Assembly (NCBI RefSeq): GCF_006345805.1
Contig: NW_021836290.1
Coordinates: 124,001-188,000, forward strand
Length of the DNA stretch: 64,000 nt
Direction: 5' to 3'
Source of the DNA: Octopus sinensis
Taxonomy: Eukaryota
Every line of letters starts with the position of its first letter. Within the stretch, counting starts at the first letter, position 1. The translations under genes and the position numbers were made by a program. Shown piece after piece: positions 41,723 through 54,049 of the stretch. Below the pieces are notes generated by a model that was not told the DNA's origin, did not search any database, and saw only the letters and a program-made list of their open reading frames with translations.

Positions 41723-41855
41723 GAAAAAATGCATTGTGAATAAACAATGACAGGTAAAAACCGAAACGTAAAAGACTTTTCCATTTTTCCCGAGTGTTAA
41801 TTAAATATACTGATTGTTGCTCCTACACCTGTCTTCGTCTTTAATTTTTCTATAA

Positions 41856-41914
<59 letters not shown>

Positions 41915-41919
<5 letters not shown>

Positions 41920-42341
41920 CAACTGGAAAATCCTGGAGGGTCTTGTCCCAAACTTTGGCATTCAAAGTTACCCCAACCGCAGAACGGGGCGCCACTGCAT
42001 GGTGCCAAGGATTCCAACATCACCATCAAAATACAGGTCCAGATACTGCAACAGCTTGGGTTTCAGAGGACCACAGCCCTTTAACACCCTCCCTAAATGC
42101 CTGAGAGACTTACATGGTGTGGATGTGGGTTTCTTTAAAACTAAACTGGATCTCTTTTTGTCGGGAGTCCCAGATGAACCTACCTCACGACAGGAGACAC
42201 AGATACGGGCAGCAGCATCGAACTCCCTTGTTGATCAAGTGCCACGTATCAGAGGTGGATTCACAAATTAGTGTAGCTCATTCAGCGGTGGTGCCCCAGC
42301 ATGGCCGCGGCCTTCGGGCTAAAACATTTTTAAGGATTTAA

Positions 42342-42345
<4 letters not shown>
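41915..42345 (+). mobile_element. CR1-group LINE 3' fragment
   Basis: RGPQPFNTLP..LR....FKTKLDLFL..VPDEP; short TTTAAGGA tandem tail. Confidence 0.75.
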
Positions 42346-42384
<39 letters not shown>

Positions 42385-42387
<3 letters not shown>

Positions 42388-42710
42388 CATAAGACATATT
42401 TTTAAAAATAGAGTGTATAAAAAGTCTTTATACACAAAGAGGATACCATTGACAGGACTCTTTACATGCCAAAAAGCCCAGTTAAAACTCAAACCACGAA
42501 AAGCGAATTCGTGAGATACGCCATTATAATACTAGAACGAAAAAAAAATGAAGTAGTTAATCCGGAACTCGAGTTTCACTATTAATTGCCAAATAAACTA
42601 ATTTGGAATCTTTAGCTCGTCAGCGGAATCGCTAATTATTAAATAATCATGTAGTTGCAAAGCATGTAAGGAGTCTTGTCAATGTTCCCCTCTTTATTTA
42701 TAAAACATAC
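42385..42710. mobile_element. Fold-back non-coding element with C3-G8 hammerhead motif
   Basis: CATTGACAGGACTCTTTACATGC (~42447) is inverted to GCATGTAAGGAGTCTTGTCAATG (~42662). Confidence 0.65.
42561..42628 (-). ncRNA. Type I hammerhead-like motif with canonical CUGACGA core
   Basis: tccg-CTGACGA-gcta..ccaaat tagttt atttgg..tagt-GAAA-ctcgag-TTC-cgga; one extra base at the cleavage site. Confidence 0.6.
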
Positions 42711-42871
42711 AAGAACTATAGTACTTATTCAATCGATCTTTTGACGAGCCACTAAGTTACGGGAACGTCAACACATCAACATCGGTTGTCAAACAATGGT
42801 AGTGGGACAAACATAAATACCCAAACATATGCATATATATACATATACATATATACGGCAGGTTTCTTTCA

Positions 42872-42929
<58 letters not shown>

Positions 42930-43126
42930 GTTTAAAGAAAACAGAGAATACACATAGAATATTCACTTTTTTAATCATTGTGCAGACATATTAAGTTCCG
43001 CTTTTTGCCGACGTTTCAGTAATTTGTTACTTGAACTTTAATGTGCTTTGTGAAAATAAATTTCGTACAAATTTTTTGCAAACGGACTTATATATATATA
43101 TGTATATATATGTTTATATATATATA

Positions 43127-43455
43127 CGAGCAAAACGCCCCCCGTCCAATGGACGGTGCTGAGTTGTCAAACATTTAAACCAAATTTTCTCAAAACAACT
43201 TGTCCCGCCGTCCCATAGGCCTCCCCATTGAGAAATACTGATTTAACCTAAATTTGAGACACCAGCAAAAGAACAAATAAAGATAGACTTTTTTTCTATT
43301 CCAAAGAAAAATGATTTTATTTACACAAATATGCAACCGAAGAGTTTATCGATCGCATTCTCACCTGGAATCGATTTTTGTTATTTTTTCAAGACTTATG
43401 CACGCCCTGATAGAAGACAGACGCACAGACAGACAGAACGGATTTTATATAATAT
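43127..43455 (-). mobile_element. Non-autonomous Helitron-like element
   Basis: 5' TATATAAAA..CTGTCTGTCTG, 3' hairpin CCGTCC-ATT-GGACGG, then CTCG (degenerate CTAG). Confidence 0.6.
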
Positions 43456-43477
43456 ATATATATATATATATTCTTTT

Positions 43478-43685
43478 ATTTCAGTCATTTGACTACGGCC
43501 ATACTGGAGTACCACCTTTAGTCGAACAAATCAACCCCAGGGCTTATTCTTTGTAAGCCTAGTACTTATTATATCGTTTCTGTTGTCGAACCGCTAAGTT
43601 ACGGGGACGTAAATACACCAACATCGGTTGTCAAGCGACGGTGGGGACAAATACAGATACACAACCATATACATACTTATATATG

Positions 43686-43718
<33 letters not shown>

Positions 43719-43790
43719 TCACAAGGCTTTGGTCGGCCTGAGGCTATAGAAGAAGACATTTGCTCAAGTTGCCATTTAGTGGGACTGAAC
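43478..43790 (-). mobile_element. CORE-like SINE, 5'-truncated
   Basis: Homologous to 5525-5910 and 50132-50460. Confidence 0.8.
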
Positions 43791-44091
43791 TCCCACTAAG
43801 TGGCAACTTAGTGGGAGTTATATATATATATATATAAAATAAACGAAAACTAATTTCTGTGTGTCAGTGTGTCACATTTAAATTCCCGTTCTCACTATTC
43901 AATGACACTCCTACTATTCCTCGTGATGGGGTGAGAGCAATAGAAGGCATAGAAACGGTGAGGGTGGTGGCGAAGACAGACAGAAAGAGAGAAAAAAGGA
44001 AGGATGAGAAAGAGAGATAAAGAAATTTAAAGAAAGTTGATGTTTTTATTAAAAGCACTCGTGTTGATGGTGTCATTGGGAGTAATAATAA

Positions 44092-44175
44092 GAGACTGAG
44101 TGGGTATGTGAGAGACTGAGTGGGTATGTGAGAGACTGAGTGGGTATGTGAGAGACTGAGTGGGTATGTGAGAGA
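44092..44175 (+). repeat. 20-bp minisatellite x4
   Basis: GAGACTGAGTGGGTATGTGA tandem. Confidence 0.95.
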
Positions 44176-44901
44176 GAGAGGTACTGGCTACTGAACTAAC
44201 ATGCTGAATAACATACTGAAGGAACGCACATTTAGCCCTTTTGAGATTGTAATGGGGTGATAGTAATAGTATGAGCTGTAATTGTGATAGAGGTAGTGGT
44301 GGTCAAGGATGATAGTGAGAGTAAGCGATGTGAAAGACTGTGGTGATGGTGGTGACGTCAGAAGTCTGAATGGTGTGTGTATGGCAGTTGTGGTAACGAT
44401 GGTGGTGATACTGGTGATGGTTGAAAACAATCAACAGAGAGAGAGAGAGAGAGAGAGAAGGAAAGAAAGAGGTTAGAACAAAAACTGTACTGAGCCCCGG
44501 AATGGGAAGACAAAAATTGTTTATCCTGCAGCTTCACAATAAGTTCCAAGTCGACAAATTATATCATTGTTCCGATGAGAATTATTCATTGCTTGAAAAA
44601 TATTGGTCAATCGGGATAAAATTTAATATGTACCCAATGTAGGAAATGTCATTGTTGAGCCCAAGGCCTAATGAAGAGCCCTCCACAGGAGCTAGCTTAA
44701 ACACTTTTCTATTATATATATGTATATATATAACGTAAGGGGTATCAGCCATCTGAATGTGGCTAGCCACTGGGGGTGGGGGTGTTACTGATGCTTTTAG
44801 CCCCAGGCGATCAACGTCACCAGAAGGACTTTAGACACTATCTCAGTGTCCTTGTGTTACTTGCAAAGGGAGGTCATCCTCCCTCGAAGACCCGAGTACT
44901 A

Positions 44902-44946
44902 CATACGGACTATAGTTTCAAGGTAATTGCCTCTCGTCAACGCATG
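44902..44946 (-). ncRNA. Minimal type I hammerhead (mirror of 45094)
   Basis: catgcg-TTGACGA-gagg caatta cctt-GAAA-ctatag-TC-cgtatg. Confidence 0.72.
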
Positions 44947-45093
44947 GTAAGCACTGGTCTTCGATGAAGAGATTCTCGTTCAGAGATTTATTATTGTTTT
45001 CAGACAGTTTTTCTACATCAGTGACAGTGGTTACTGTGAAAAACATTATATATTACTTGCGAGGGGACTCCTTCATCGAAGACCAGTGCTTAC

Positions 45094-45138
45094 CATACGT
45101 TGACGAGAGGCAATTACCTTGAAACTATAGTCCGTATG
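45094..45138 (+). ncRNA. Minimal type I hammerhead (U3-G8 core, GUC site)
   Basis: catacg-TTGACGA-gagg caatta cctt-GAAA-ctatag-TC-cgtatg; palindromic stem III. Confidence 0.75.
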
Positions 45139-45354
45139 TAGTACTCGGGTCTTCGAGGGAGGATGACCTCCCTTTGCAAGTAACACAAGGACACTGAGAT
45201 AGTGTCTAAAGTCCTTCTGGTGACGTTGATCGCCTGGGGCTAAAAGCATCAGTAACACCCCCACCCCCAGTAGCTAGCCACATTCAGATGGCTGATACCC
45301 CTTACGTTGTCGAGCGGTTACTGTTTATATCTCGTTCAGAGATTTATTAGTTTT

Positions 45355-45434
<80 letters not shown>

Positions 45435-45440
<6 letters not shown>

Positions 45441-45724
45441 TAAGGGTAGAAATTGATATTTATCAATTAAGACCAGTGGTCTAGCATATTAGAAAAAAAG
45501 AATCCGAAGATTAAAATATTTATATACCAATTAAGGACTGAACACGAAAAGTGGACAGTCAACATGCTAGATATAGATGTCAAATCGGCATTCTCCACAA
45601 AAGATTATGTTCTCAGATCAAACTCAGCACAAAACCATAGCAATAAATAAGTGAAAATATAATGGCGATTTGACGTCTATATCTAGCATGTTGACTGTCC
45701 ACTTTTCGTGTTCAGTCCTTAATT

Positions 45725-45732
<8 letters not shown>
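45435..45732. repeat. Fold-back element in (TA)n, related to 29570
   Basis: 72-bp arms 45521-45592 and 45661-45732, plus an ~85-nt tail on one arm. Confidence 0.8.
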
Positions 45733-45784
<52 letters not shown>

Positions 45785-45785
<1 letters not shown>

Positions 45786-46257
45786 CAATAATAAACCTCT
45801 GAACGAGATGTAAACAGTAACCGCTCGACAACGTAAAGTATACTAGCCATCTCAATATGGCTAACCACTAAGGGTGGGTGATACTGTAGCTTTTAGCCCC
45901 AGGAGATTATCGTCTCCAGCTTTACTGTTTACATCTCGTTCAGAGATTTATTATTGCTTGCAGACAGTTTTTCGAAATCAGTGACGGAAGTTACTGGGGA
46001 AAAACAATAAGTATTTGCAAACAGGTCTCCCTTCATCGAAAACCGGTGATTGCCGTACGTTGACAAGAGGCAAATACCTCGAAACTGCACTCCGTGCGTA
46101 TCACGTAGGTTTACGAGAGAGGGATGACCTCCCTTTGCAAATACACAGAAAGTGTGCCTAAAGCCAGCTGGAGACGATGATCTCCTGGGGCTAAAAGCTA
46201 CAGTAACACCCACCCTTAGTGGTTAGCCATATTGAGATGGCTAGTATACTTTACGTT
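45785..46257. mobile_element. Retrozyme-like element 2 (diverged subfamily, ~345-nt unit)
   Basis: Homologous to element 1; the inverted arm 45785-45920 spans the unit junction TTACGTT|GTCGAGCGG. Confidence 0.8.
46054..46098 (+). ncRNA. Minimal type I hammerhead (U3-A8 core)
   Basis: cgtacg-TTGACAA-gagg caaata cctc-GAAA-ctgcac-TC-cgtgcg. Confidence 0.7.
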
Positions 46258-46323
46258 ATATATATATATATATATCCGCCAATGCGGTGTTGAGCACTGA
46301 TTTCATCGTGCTACATTTATGTG

Positions 46324-46376
<53 letters not shown>

Positions 46377-46377
<1 letters not shown>

Positions 46378-47497
46378 GTTAATCCAAACAAGAAAGCACA
46401 AAAAAACACAACAACGCGAGGACGTGGAACAAATATAGTATTATTGGATGCTCAGGAAAGAAGGAAAGAAGGAGGGTTTAACGTTTCGAGCGGAGCGTCT
46501 TCGTCGGAAACGTAGGAGAAGGAAAGTTCCAGAGAAGGGAAGACAGAGAAAAAAAATCGCCAACGGTACACACGAGGTCACATTTTGAAAGACCGGAAGG
46601 AAAAGGCTGAAGAAAGATGTTTTCAAAGACAGAAGAGTAGTATAGTCAAAGACAGCAGAATGTTAGGAGGGGGAATGTGTGTGTAAGTGTGGATATGTGC
46701 GTGCGCGGAGGTCTGCGTGTGTGTGTGTGTGTGTGTGAGTGTGTGTGTGTGTCTGTGTGTGTATGTGTGTGTGGTTGTAGCTGTAAACAAAGGGCTAGTA
46801 GTAAGCTTGGCTAGTTTGTAAGAATAAGGATTGGTGTTTTTGTCCCTGCCACAGGTCAGCACTGTTACTTTGAAGTATGTGTGTGTGTGCGTGTATGTAT
46901 ATGTATCGTGTGTGTGTTTTGTTTGTAGTACGTGTGTGTATGTATGTGTGTGTTCGTGTGTGTATGCGTAGAGTTTGGGAGTGTGGCGAATAACTGTGCT
47001 TTACTTAGTGTATGTGTGCGTGTGTGCTGTACGTGTTTATGTGTATATATATGTATGTGTAATTGTGTGCGTGTATGTATAATTGTGTGCCGTGTGTATG
47101 GGATGTATGTGTGGGTTCATTTGTGTGTGTGTGTGTATGTATGTGTGTGTGTCTGTGCCCATGTGTGTATAAATGTGTGCGTATCTGTATGAGTATTGTT
47201 TGTTGGAGGTATATGTGGGCATCTGTGCTGGTGTGTGTGTTTGTACGTGTGTATGTGTGTGTGCGTGTATTGTATATATATATATATGTGTGTGTGTGTG
47301 TACGTGCGTGCAAGTGAATGTATGTATACATGTTCGTGTGTGTACAAATATAGAGGTTTATATGTGTGTATATATATGTATGCAAGCACACACGTTCTGA
47401 TTGAAAGATTGATGGAAAAAAAATTGGTGTGGGTGTATGTGAATCCACAGGCACACACATACATACACTGACGCACGCCTGCAATACAGCCAACCCC

Positions 47498-47532
<35 letters not shown>

Positions 47533-50130
47533 TGTATGTATGTATGTATGTATGTGTGTGTGTATGTATGTATGTATGTATGTATGTATGTATGTATGAA
47601 TGTATGTATGTATGTGTGTATGTATGTATGTGTATGTGTGAATGTATGCGTGTGTGGGGGGAGTTGGAGTTGTGTGGGCGTAATGTACATGTGTGTGCTT
47701 GTGTGTGCACGGGCATATGTATGTGTGCGCGTGGGGTTGTATTTTTGTGTGTGTGCGTGTGTGTATATGTGTGCGTATATGTGCATGTATGTTGTACGTG
47801 TGTGGTGTGTTGGAAGTATGTGTGTGTTCGTGGATACGTGAGTATGTGTGTGTATGTGTTTCTGTATAAGGACAATAATTTATAAAAACAATAAAATAAT
47901 AAAAAAACAATAAATAATATAAAAGACGTAATAGCACATAGGGGGGAAAGGGGGAGGAAGAAATAAGAAATAAAAAAGTTGCTTGTTGTGGGAGGTAGAG
48001 CGCATCACTAGGAGGAGGGGCCTGTGTTGAGTCCGTGCGGGGTATAAGTCTGTAAAGTGAAAATGAACCGTTGCTCCAAGTGAAACCTGGATTGTGGAGG
48101 ACCGTTGTTTGGGGCGAGACCAAACACAGAGATGTCATCGGGGGAATGGCTGGCCGAGCAGAAGTGACGTGCGACGGGAGAATTAGAACGCAGCCGAAAT
48201 TCCATTAGATGTTCGGAAAATCGGTCGGCCAACCGGCGTCGCGTCTGACATACATACAGCATCCCGCAGAGGTTGCATTTTATGCAATATATGAGACCAG
48301 ACGAAGTGCACGTAAAAGAATGTCTAATACGTACAGTTCGCTGGTTGGAATCGGTGACAGCAGTGGTGTTGGTGATGAAGGGGCAGGTGTTGCAGCGGGA
48401 TCTGGAGCACGGGAAAGATCCGTGTGGGGCTGAGGGGGAAGAAGAGAGGGTGCTACGGACCAGGAGTTCGCGTAGATTCTGGGCTCGTTTGAAGGAGGAC
48501 AGGGGTGGGTTGGGGAAAATGGGGCGAGTCGTGGGATCGAACTGGAGACGACGGAAGGCACGTAGTATCTTCCGACGAAGGGTTAGAGTGGAGGGGTGGA
48601 AAAGGAGGGGAAAGGAAGTGCGGTTGGAGGGTTGGTGAGAGGAAGGAGAAAGGGCGGTGGTGCGGTCGATGCGACGAGCGCGGGCAAGGGCGTTCAAGAC
48701 CAGGGTTGATGGGTATCCTCGATGCCTGAACAGGCGGTCCAGGTACTGAGACTGAGTCTCGAAAACCTGGTCGCGGCTGCACAAGCGTCGGAGGCGGAAG
48801 AACTGGGAGTAGGGGATGGCCCGTTTGGTGTGGAAGGGATGGGAGGAGGAGAAGTTGAGATAGAGGTGGGAATCCGTGGGTTTGAAGAAGGCGGAGGTGG
48901 TGAGAGAGTGTGAGGGGCGGTCGATGCTAAGAGAGATATCAAGGAAATTAACAGAGGTATTGGAGATGGTGGAAGTGAATTGGAGAAAGGAAAGAGATGA
49001 GTTGTTCGCGGGAAAGGGAGGTAGCGCCTATGCAGTCGTCTATGTAGCGACCGTATAGTTCTGTGGTCGGCCCGGAGAATTGGGAGAATACTTGGGCCTC
49101 AATGTAGCCAACAAAGAGATTGGCGAAATTGGGGCCCATTCTCGTTCCCATCGCGACCCCAGACAATGTTGGTACGTTTCCTCGGCGAACGTGAAACAGT
49201 TGAGGGTAAGGACGAGCTCTGCCAGGCGGAGAAGGGTGGGGATGATAAGGGTGGGGTCGGGACGACGGTCGAGGAAGTATTGGAGAGCTAAGAGACCATC
49301 GTTGTGGAGAATTACAGTGTAAAGGGATTTTATGTATGAGGAGGTGTGAGGGGCTGGAAGTGAAGGAAAAGGAATTGAAGAGACAGAGGGCGTGGTTAGT
49401 GTCATGTATGTGGGATGGGAAGGCAGCGACTAAGGGGGACAGGAAGCGATCGCGGTATAGGGAAATGTGTTCAGTGGGGCAATTACAGGCGGAAACGATG
49501 TGGCGGCCAGGGTTATTGTGTTTATGAATTTTGGGAAGGAAATAGATGGTGGAGGTGCGGGGTGTACGGACGATGAGGCTGGTGGCGGTGGGGGGGAGAG
49601 CAGACGAGGAGATGAGATCGTGGATGGTGGAGGACACTCGCTGTTGGTAGGAAGAGGTGGGATCGGAGGGGAGGAGGCGATAGAAGAGGGGATTTTGAAG
49701 CTGGCTGAGTGCTTCCTCCCTGTATAGGTCCGCGCACCACACCACCACTGCTCCGCCTTTGTCTGCCGGTTTGATGACGATGTCATTGCGGCGACTTAGG
49801 TTGCGAAGGGCAATCAATTCAGCCCGAGTGAGGTTGTCTCGGAGAGGTCTTTTTTTAAAGTTAAACTGGTTGATCAACGCACTGCAGTCGTTCACGAACA
49901 AATCTAGGCTACTGAATTGGCCTGGGGGCGGCGTCCAGTTGGATGGGCGGCGCCCCAGCTCCAGAAAGCAATCCTGATTGTCGTGACGCTGTGGAGACGC
50001 GTGGAAAAATGGGCAAAGTTTGAGGCGGCGCAGGAACTGGTTGACGTCGGTCCGTGTCTCAAATTCGTCACAGTGGCGCGTGAGAGGCGTGAAGCGGAGT
50101 CCCTTACTGAGGAGAGAGCGCAGAGGTCAA
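46377..50130 (-). mobile_element. GC-rich Penelope-like element (frameshifted RT + GIY-YIG, long CA-rich 3' region)
   Basis: IVIKPADKGGAVVV, YFLPKIHK, GVAMGTRMGPNFANL, YGRYIDD, CSRSRCNTC..FTCTSSGLIYCIKC..LYV.QT.RRLADRFSEH; degenerate hammerhead at 46475-46512. Confidence 0.9.
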
Positions 50131-50131
50131 A

Positions 50132-50186
50132 CCCACTAAATGGCAACTAAATGTCTTCTACTATAGCCTCAGGCCGACCAAAGCCT

Positions 50187-50258
<72 letters not shown>

Positions 50259-50460
50259 TATGTATATGTTTGTGTATCTGCGTTTGTCCCCACCGTCGCT
50301 TGACAACCGATGTTGGTGTATTTACGTCCCCGTAACTTAGAGGTTTGACAAAAGAGACCGATAGAATAAGTACTAGGCTTACAAAGAATAAGTTCTGGGG
50401 TCGATTTGCTCGACTAAAGCCGGTGCTCCAGCATGGCCGCAGTCAAATGACTGAAACAAA
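50132..50460 (+). mobile_element. CORE-like SINE, 5'-truncated
   Basis: Inverted homolog of 43478-43790. Confidence 0.8.
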
Positions 50461-50558
50461 AGTATAAAAGAAAAAGAGCGTCTGGAAAAAAAGGCTTCGT
50501 TATATTTATTCAGTCTCTTTACATTCTTTGGTTAAAATCAAATCACATTTATTTATAA

Positions 50559-50609
<51 letters not shown>

Positions 50610-50610
<1 letters not shown>

Positions 50611-50930
50611 GGCGCATGGCTTAGTAGTTAGGGTATTCGGCTCACGATTGTAAGGTCATGAGTTCGATTCCTGGAGACGTATTGTGTCCTTGAGCAGGAC
50701 ACTTTATTTCACGTTGCTCCAGTCCATTCAGCTGGCAAAGATGAGTTGTACCTGTATTTCAAAGGGCCAGCCTTGTCACATTCTGTGTCACGCTGAATCT
50801 CCCTGAAAACTATGTTAGGGGTACACGTGTCTGTGGATTGCTCAGTCACTTGCACGTTAATTTCACAAGTAAGCTGTTCCGTTGATCGTATCAGCTGGGA
50901 CCCTTGTTGTCGTAACCGACGGAGTGATCC
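50610..50930 (+). mobile_element. tRNA-derived SINE (head B + tail 2)
   Basis: A-box TGGCTTAGTAG and B-box GAGTTCGATTCC; tail shared with the 29175 copy. Confidence 0.85.
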
Positions 50931-51397
50931 TTCATCTGGAAAGTTCTACAGATTTTTATAATTTCAGTGACGGATTGAATCTGTAGCCATCGAATCAGCT
51001 TTCTCCTTTTGAGAAGCCTAATTTCTTAAGATTAGTATTTAGGTAGCGTGTTATTTATCCTAGGGCTCCATTAATTACAGGTACAAACCTGAACTTGTAA
51101 TCTGGATAGAGTTAACTGCAGATTTCTCAATAGTTCAGCGTTGGTATTCTCTTTTTCACTGTTCTTCAGTTTTATATTAACATCTGTTGGATAGCTAATT
51201 CCCACAACTATACACGGATTCTCTTCTCTGTCCTAAATGATTATATCAGATCTGTTGTCCCTATATTTTATTGGGACAATCCGCCAGTATTATTATGAGT
51301 GGCTATGGCTTCAAACATACTGTGTTATTTTTATTTCTTTGTCCTCGAGGTTAACCTTGTGACAGATTTCATTATATAGTGTCCTAGCTACAACATC

Positions 51398-51430
<33 letters not shown>

Positions 51431-52214
51431 TGTATGTATGTATGTATGTATGTATGTATGTATGTATGTACGTGTCCCACCACCGTTTGACAACATAGCG
51501 GTCTGTCATAAGAATCCGATAGAATAGTGCCGGGCTTAAAATTTAAGTACTGGGGTCGATACAATCAACTAAAAATTCTACAAAGCATGTTCCGGCATGG
51601 CAGTAGTCTAATGACTAATACAGGTAAAAGATAAATGACAAAAGATATGAAGACTGCATTTTTTTTTTCACATAGAAAGGGTCGGGTGGCTGAGTTCAGT
51701 TTGAAAGGGGTTTGAGTGTTAAAAAGATAAATGTAAGGGAGATAACAAGATTTGACTTATTAGTGAGCATAGTTTTGTCGTAATTACTTCCCTTGGTCCT
51801 GAATGTCTTTAAGAAATTCGGACAATAAGAATTAAGACGCTGTCGTTAAAGCCACGTAAACAATGAGACATGGGTTCGAGTTACACGGACTGCTCACATC
51901 TTTTCAATCCCCTTTTATATCAGAAGTAGGATGAAGTGCATAGAGATATGCAGATTTGTATAGGTCATTTGTTTATATTGTATGTATGTATGTATGTATG
52001 TATGTATGTATGTATGTATGCATGTATGTATGTATGCACACATGCATATAAGTATGCCCCCCTCTTGTCTCTACCAATATTTTCTTTGCATTTACTGCAC
52101 ATCAAAAAAAGAAACTCTTACAGCGTATCTTATTAAGAATTTTACGGAAACTATTCGTTCGAAGAAGGAGTTTATCCACTAAACTGAGGGAGATCTAATT
52201 GATGAATTCTGATA

Positions 52215-53470
52215 GATACATACATGCATGCATAAATACGTACGTACGTACGTACATACATACATACATACATACATACATACATACATACATACATACA
52301 TACATACGTACATACGTACATACATACATACATACATACATACATACATACATACATACGTACATACGTACATACATACATACATACATACAAACATACA
52401 TACATACATACATACATACATACATACATACGTACATACACACATACATACATACATACATACATACGTACGTACGTACGTACGTACATACATACATACA
52501 TACATACATACATACATACATACATACATACATACATACATACATACATACGTACGTACGTACGTACGTACATACATACATACATACATACATACATACA
52601 TACATACGTACGTACGTACGTACGTACATACATACATACATACATACATACATACATACATACATACATACATACGTACGTACGTACGTACGTACGTACA
52701 TACATACATACATACATACATACATACATACATACATACATACACACATACATACATACATACATACATACATACATACATACATACATACATACATACA
52801 TACATACATACATACATACATACATACATACGTACGTACGTACGTACATACATACATACATACATACATACATACATACATACATACATACATACATACA
52901 CACATACATACATACATACATACATACATACGTACGTACGTACGTACGTACATACATACATACATACATACATACATACATACATACATACGTACGTACG
53001 TACGTACGTACATACATACATACATACATACATACATACATACGTACGTACGTACGTACGTACATACATACATACATACATTCATACATACATACATACA
53101 TACGTACATACATACATACATACATACATACATACATGCATGCATAAATACGTACGTACGTACGTACATACATACATACATACATACATACATACATACA
53201 TACATACATACGTACATACGCACATACATACATACATACATACATACATACATACATTCATACATACATACATACATACATACGTATATACGCACATACA
53301 TACATACATACATACATACATACATACATACATACATACATACATACATACGTACATACGCACATACATACATACATACATACATACATACATACATACA
53401 TACATACATACATACATACATACGTACGTACATACATACATATATACATACGTACATACGCACATACATG
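52215..53470. repeat. ~1.25-kb (TACA)n/(TACG)n compound microsatellite
   Basis: Direct reading of the sequence. Confidence 0.97.
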
Positions 53471-54049
53471 TGTTGTATATCTTTATTTATGGCCGGTTAG
53501 AAAGCTATCATTCGTTTCACATATACAATCGCACTAGACAATATAGACGATTCATCAGACCTACTAGCCAGAAGCACATAGTGTCTTTACTCGAGAATAT
53601 AAAATTGCAGTCTTTTTTCAGTTTGGTGGTGAAAAACATCTCTGAATCAAAACAAAATATTCAAAGAGTGACAAAGTTACCTTCTCTAAAAACGATTCCG
53701 GCTGTGTTTGAAATAGGTCAGTTTGTGTACATTTTTTTGTTCACTAGTCTTCAAACGAAGACCACGTTTTCAAAATGAATTTTCGATCATGAGGGCAGTG
53801 ACTAAATAACTCACCGTTTGAATTCAATAAGGCGCCGGATCCTGCAATTTTTTAGGATCATTGTCCTCTCAGCCAAGCAAAGTTTGCTGCTACTGTTGGA
53901 CACCACTTCTGCTTCGTAAACTACGGCCTGTGAGTTGCATCGATTATCTACTGGGTATTCACTGCAAACCCTGCCTCTGTGTTTTTAAGGTATTCGCTAA
54001 TATCTTTTTTTACACTAGACACACACTTAAACGAGATCCTTAAGTTATA

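Larger units (their letters stand above)
44732..45356. mobile_element. Retrozyme-like element 1: 356-nt permuted unit plus inverted partial copy, two hammerheads
   Basis: Arms 44732-44969 and 45071-45308 are near-perfectly inverted; direct terminal redundancy TCTCGTTCAGAGATTTATTA at 44974 and 45330; in (TA)n. Confidence 0.8.

Noticed and set aside
41740-43035. Partial GAAACGTA/GAAACGTC motifs at ~41762 and ~43010 (also ~27280, ~5515)
   Set aside because: The catalytic core is missing or broken
44776-45264. Identical 63-aa ORFs on opposite strands
   Set aside because: By-product of the inverted repeat; GTG start, and the frame is not preserved in the second subfamily
52172-53778. Long ORFs of 300-516 aa (MYVC/HTYI repeats), and similar ORFs at 4.8, 16.7, 40, 47 and 63.4 kb
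   Set aside because: Translations of stop-free microsatellites, open in several frames on both strands
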